Below are positions 60,417 to 64,000 of a stretch of DNA of 64,000 nt, in pieces. The notes beneath the pieces are model-generated. The model did no database searches. It saw only the letters and a list, made by a program, of their open reading frames with translations, and was not told the DNA's origin. The stretch is from Nematocida ausubeli. Lineage: Eukaryota. Both the position numbers and the translations under genes were made by a program. Where the stretch lies: positions 186,001 to 250,000 of the forward strand of contig NW_026515634.1 in the NCBI RefSeq assembly GCF_000738915.1. Reading direction: 5' to 3'. The stretch's first letter is position 1. Every line of letters begins with the position of its first letter.

Positions 60417-60801
60417 TATTAAAAAAATCACTCGCTACAGAATTCTATAGAAAGTTCTGCAAAAGGAAAGATCCATCAGAAAGATAGCAAATTGCTTATT
60501 AGAAAACATGATGCAGTAGATTCAGTGAATTAAATACTTTGGTTCTAAAATATAAATTATATTTAAGTTCTTGGTGGACAGCGGCCGGGTCCAGCTTTTC
60601 TATAGCGAAATACTATAGCAGACAAAGCATTTCTCTAATGCGTCAACCTAAATGCAAAAAGCTAAAGATTACATGCACTGTAAATCTACTCTATACTAGA
60701 CTTAACACTGCATGCACTGATCAGCACAGTAAAACAAATAAAATGAGTGCACTACAAGCCAATGGTGTGGTGTGTATAGCATAGGGTGCAACGCGCTTTC
60801 A

Positions 60802-61596
60802 TTATACAGTTATCTTTTTCATAATGAGGAGAATGAGATCTGCCACAGTGATTCTATCATCAGGGCGCTTTATAAAAATCTGCTTACATATGTCCTCTAT
60901 CTCGTCCGGCACACCAGTATAGTCTATTTTACAGCTTAGTATTTTTGGATAGAGCGAGTACAGGGATGTTGATACAAAGGTGTCTTTTCCAACAGCCATG
61001 TAGTACAGAAGACACCCAAACCCCCATACGTCAAGAGAAGCAAGCAAAATGCAGCTTGACTTCTTCTTAATCATTTCGGGTGCCATGTAGGCAGGCGTGC
61101 CCTCAAATGGAAGCGTGCTTCCGCTAATCGTGCACTCAGGCGAAATAATAGAGCACCCAAAGTCAATCAAGTGGGCGCCGTGCCGAGACACTATTACGTT
61201 GTCGGGCTTAATGTCCAGGTGGTAGACCCCCAGAGAGTGCATCTGCGCAAGAGTTTGAAGAATGGAGAGGCCTGTGTAGAGAATTTCCTGCACGCTTAGC
61301 GCAGACGGAAGATTGCTTAAGCTGTACCCGCGGAAGTACGATAAAGCAATAAAGACCAAGCTCTCTGTCTCGTGCCACTCCTTCAGATGGGCAATGCCAG
61401 GCATACTTCCAAGCCTCTGCAGTGCAGAAATCTCCTTTTTTGCATGCATGGTTCCCCTCTTTCTGTGCTTTCCCTTGTGCACAACCTTCATCGCGCATGT
61501 TTCTGTGCCCTTTTTTGCAAGATACACCTCTGCATACATTCCTTCTCCCAAGAGCTCTTTAAACTCGTAGCCCTCCAGACTGTAAAGTGTTTCCAT
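60802..61596 (-). CDS. Ser/Thr protein kinase (minimal catalytic domain)
   Basis: LGEGMYAEV, AMK, HLDIKPDN, DFG, GTPAYMAPE, DVWGFG. Confidence 0.93.
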   Translation of the reverse strand: METLYSLEGYEFKELLGEGMYAEVYLAKKGTETCAMKVVHKGKHRKRGTMHAKKEISALQRLGSMPGIAHLKEWHETESLVFIALSYFRGYSLSNLPSALSVQEILYTGLSILQTLAQMHSLGVYHLDIKPDNVIVSRHGAHLIDFGCSIISPECTISGSTLPFEGTPAYMAPEMIKKKSSCILLASLDVWGFGCLLYYMAVGKDTFVSTSLYSLYPKILSCKIDYTGVPDEIEDICKQIFIKRPDDRITVADLILLIMKKITV

Positions 61597-61612
61597 GTAT
61601 TTTTATTTTTGT

Positions 61613-64000
61613 ATGGATAAATACAGTGAGGTACAGACCGCAGTGCGAGACTTGACAAGTATGGTACAGACACCGCAGGAGACAGTGAGAAATCACAGCA
61701 GCGGGTACACAACAGACACAATTATGTATAAAAAGGAGTCGTTGGGCTTGCCAAAAGAACTTGAGGAAATTGTGCAGGATGGAGGAAGCATAGGGCTGAT
61801 TGACGGTGTGTCGTCAGCGTGGGGCTCTGTGCGGGGGAAGCTTGTGATATGGAACTACAGCACGCAGATGATTAGCGAGATAGAGATGAAGTCGCAGGAG
61901 GTCCGGGCGATCTTTGCAATAAAAAGGGCAAAGGGTGTTTTCACCTCTAACGTGCAGTACTGCATTCTTATATTCAGTGAGCAGAGCATTAGCATGATGT
62001 GTCTGTGCAAGAACCCAGTTACCTACATCAGCATGGACATATCGGTGGACCTTCCTGTTGGAATGACATGCGTCTGCGAGAATGACAATGGAAGAATTTT
62101 CATGGGAGGAAAAGATGGAAACATATATGAGTTCATCTACAACGAAAGAAGCTGGCTGAAGGGGTACACCGCAAAGATTGTGTCCCACACCCATGGGATA
62201 ATGGCACACGTTCTGCCATTTTTGTATGCAATGGGGCGCAGGGCAGCTATACAGCAGATTGTGCCCACGTATAGAGGGCTGCTTGTGCTGTACAAAGACA
62301 ACACGTTGGAGGCGTACACTCTGGAGAAGCATCTGAAGAAGATAAGAACCGCAGACCTTGCAGAGCTGAACACCACAGATACAATACAGCTCGTGCGGAT
62401 GGATGACGCCAAGTGCCAGGCGTATCTGATTCTTCCAGATGCAACCAGGCTCTTTTTAGACTGCAGTGGGTATCTTCTGGGAAAGAGGCCCATGACGCGG
62501 GCCCGGATAAGATCCCGTCTTGTTGCACCCAGCTCGATTAAAAACGAAAGCTTCTACCAGATAGGAAAAAGCCTTGTGAGCTTTGGAAAGAACAATAGCG
62601 AAGTGTTTATTACAGCAATTACCAGAAACAAAACAGATGTCTCCAGTCCGGAGAACTGCTGCACAATTATGGGCGGGGCTGAGTATGCACACGCAGCTCT
62701 TTCGGGAGGCAGCCAGTGGAAGAACCTTGCAGAGTGCTGTATTTCTGGAGAAGAGGTGGCTTTCCTTGCACACAATCGGCTAGACATATACCATATTATG
62801 AATGGGGTGGAGCTAATGGAGCGGGCAAGCACAAACCCAGAGGGCATGTTTGCATTTATGCAGAGGAACGGGCCTGAGCTTTCAATGCTGTCTGCGCTCT
62901 ATGCGGTTGCAGGAGGGGCATCTTCTCCAGCAATTGACAGCTTTTTTAAGAAGTCTGAGTCTCTCCAAAAGAATGCAATTGCTATGTGCGCAGGAATAAT
63001 TGTTTATAAGGTGTGGAGCATTGACATATACGCCATGCTAAAGGAAGACATGGGACTAGAGGCTGGTGAATACATTGATGAAATAGAAGCTGCTATATCG
63101 AAGGCAAGGCGGCTGAAAAACTTTATTATTCGAGAATGTGTAAACATCAATAATATTCGCATTGCAGAGGGCACTGTTGTGGACATGCTGGACAATATAG
63201 AAGAGACGCTCCACTACATCAGCATACTTATGGAGTCTGATGCGCTGTACATCTTTGACGAGGCAAAGAAAAAGAGCGGCGGGGCGCTTGAGTTTACATA
63301 CTCAAACTTCCTCAAGCCGGTCACAGACCTGAGAAAAGCAACTCTCAATGCTCTTGTGGACCTCAACCTGAGCCAGAAGGCAACTGTGGACAGCATCACC
63401 ATGGAGCTAAACGAGAAGTGCTCCACGCTGTTTGCACTGACTGACACACTGCTGCTGAAGGGAAAGGAGGCCATAGAGAAGGCCTCGCGAGCAGCAACCA
63501 GCGAGGACAGGAAGTGGTATCTTATCAAAAGTATGGAGTTCTTCACAAAAACAGCAGCAAAGAAGTATCTTCCAGAGATAGTGGAGATGTACTCAAATGT
63601 AAGGTTTTCAAAGGGTATTCTTTATGCAATTCGCGCAGGCTTCAGCTCTATTACAGAAGAAGAGGCCACTGCGTACTTCAAGAAGATTGAGTGCACAGAG
63701 GAGATTCTTCAGGAGGGACTTAAAGACGAAAGGCCTGCAATGTGCAATGCGCTGCTGAATGCTGCAATTGCAAAGATTGTCGACAAGAGCCTTTCTGTGG
63801 ATGTGCTGCTGAAAATAAAGTCTCCATATTTGGAGGACTATCTTGACCGCCTGGATAGAACATCAGAATCTCTTGAGCTGTGCGATCTTATCTGGAAGTA
63901 CCACCTCAAGAACCAGAACTACTCAACGGCAGCCCGCTATCTTCTGCGGTCATCTGAACGGACAAAGCCAGCAATTACCCTGGAAAAGCGAATTGAGTAC
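61613..64000 (+). CDS. NUP170: Nucleoporin Nup155/Nup170 (runs off the window; absent from the ORF track)
   Basis: Hand-translated segments from ATG 61613: AWGSVRGKLVIWNY, KRAKGVF, GRIFMGGKDGNIYEFIY, DLIWKYH..AARYL, ITLEKRIEY. Confidence 0.85.
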   Translation, partial: MDKYSEVQTAVRDLTSMVQTPQETVRNHSSGYTTDTIMYKKESLGLPKELEEIVQDGGSIGLIDGVSSAWGSVRGKLVIWNYSTQMISEIEMKSQEVRAIFAIKRAKGVFTSNVQYCILIFSEQSISMMCLCKNPVTYISMDISVDLPVGMTCVCENDNGRIFMGGKDGNIYEFIYNERSWLKGYTAKIVSHTHGIMAHVLPFLYAMGRRAAIQQIVPTYRGLLVLYKDNTLEAYTLEKHLKKIRTADLAELNTTDTIQLVRMDDAKCQAYLILPDATRLFLDCSGYLLGKRPMTRARIRSRLVAPSSIKNESFYQIGKSLVSFGKNNSEVFITAITRNKTDVSSPENCCTIMGGAEYAHAALSGGSQWKNLAECCISGEEVAFLAHNRLDIYHIMNGVELMERASTNPEGMFAFMQRNGPELSMLSALYAVAGGASSPAIDSFFKKSESLQKNAIAMCAGIIVYKVWSIDIYAMLKEDMGLEAGEYIDEIEAAISKARRLKNFIIRECVNINNIRIAEGTVVDMLDNIEETLHYISILMESDALYIFDEAKKKSGGALEFTYSNFLKPVTDLRKATLNALVDLNLSQKATVDSITMELNEKCSTLFALTDTLLLKGKEAIEKASRAATSEDRKWYLIKSMEFFTKTAAKKYLPEIVEMYSNVRFSKGILYAIRAGFSSITEEEATAYFKKIECTEEILQEGLKDERPAMCNALLNAAIAKIVDKSLSVDVLLKIKSPYLEDYLDRLDRTSESLELCDLIWKYHLKNQNYSTAARYLLRSSERTKPAITLEKRIEY

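Noticed and set aside
60575..60620. Small GC-rich hairpins followed by a T-run (possible ncRNA)
   Set aside because: Stems only 5-6 bp; no snoRNA, snRNA or SRP motifs

Overview
Eukaryotic, apparently intron-free, very compact genome typical of a microsporidian (most likely Nematocida; inferred from gene compaction, divergent housekeeping proteins and ~900-aa secreted large-gene-family paralogs). Two blocks of core genes flank an AT-richer accessory island. The left block (1-25.1 kb) holds an ankyrin protein, RPA2, Utp21, AspRS, Dsn1-like, Gcn5, PP2A-B55, Sed5, a Ctr copper transporter, Rpa12 and tRNA-Thr(UGU). The right block (53.9-64 kb) holds tRNA-Thr(AGU), Taf5, a clamp-like protein, Pop1, Rpc25, a kinase and Nup155/170 running off the end. 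The island (~25.3-53.8 kb) contains a deleted Ty3/gypsy element, at least seven LTR copies or fragments, a repeated quasi-palindromic ~450-bp upstream element and five full-length secreted large-family paralogs plus a fragment; a sixth paralog sits at 20-22.7 kb. Main candidates: (i) the paralogs share an N-C-V-E...H motif pair that is intact in three copies and lost in three, suggesting an array of secreted Cys-His enzymes and pseudoenzymes; (ii) two paralogs are identical except for one swapped ~600-bp patch that adds a KKRKRK NLS-like motif; (iii) three retrotransposon-derived ORFs (Gag-knuckle only, Gag plus dead RNase H, Gag plus dead integrase) all lack protease/RT yet remain open, suggesting domestication. 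All calls are by eye from motifs; no searches were run.
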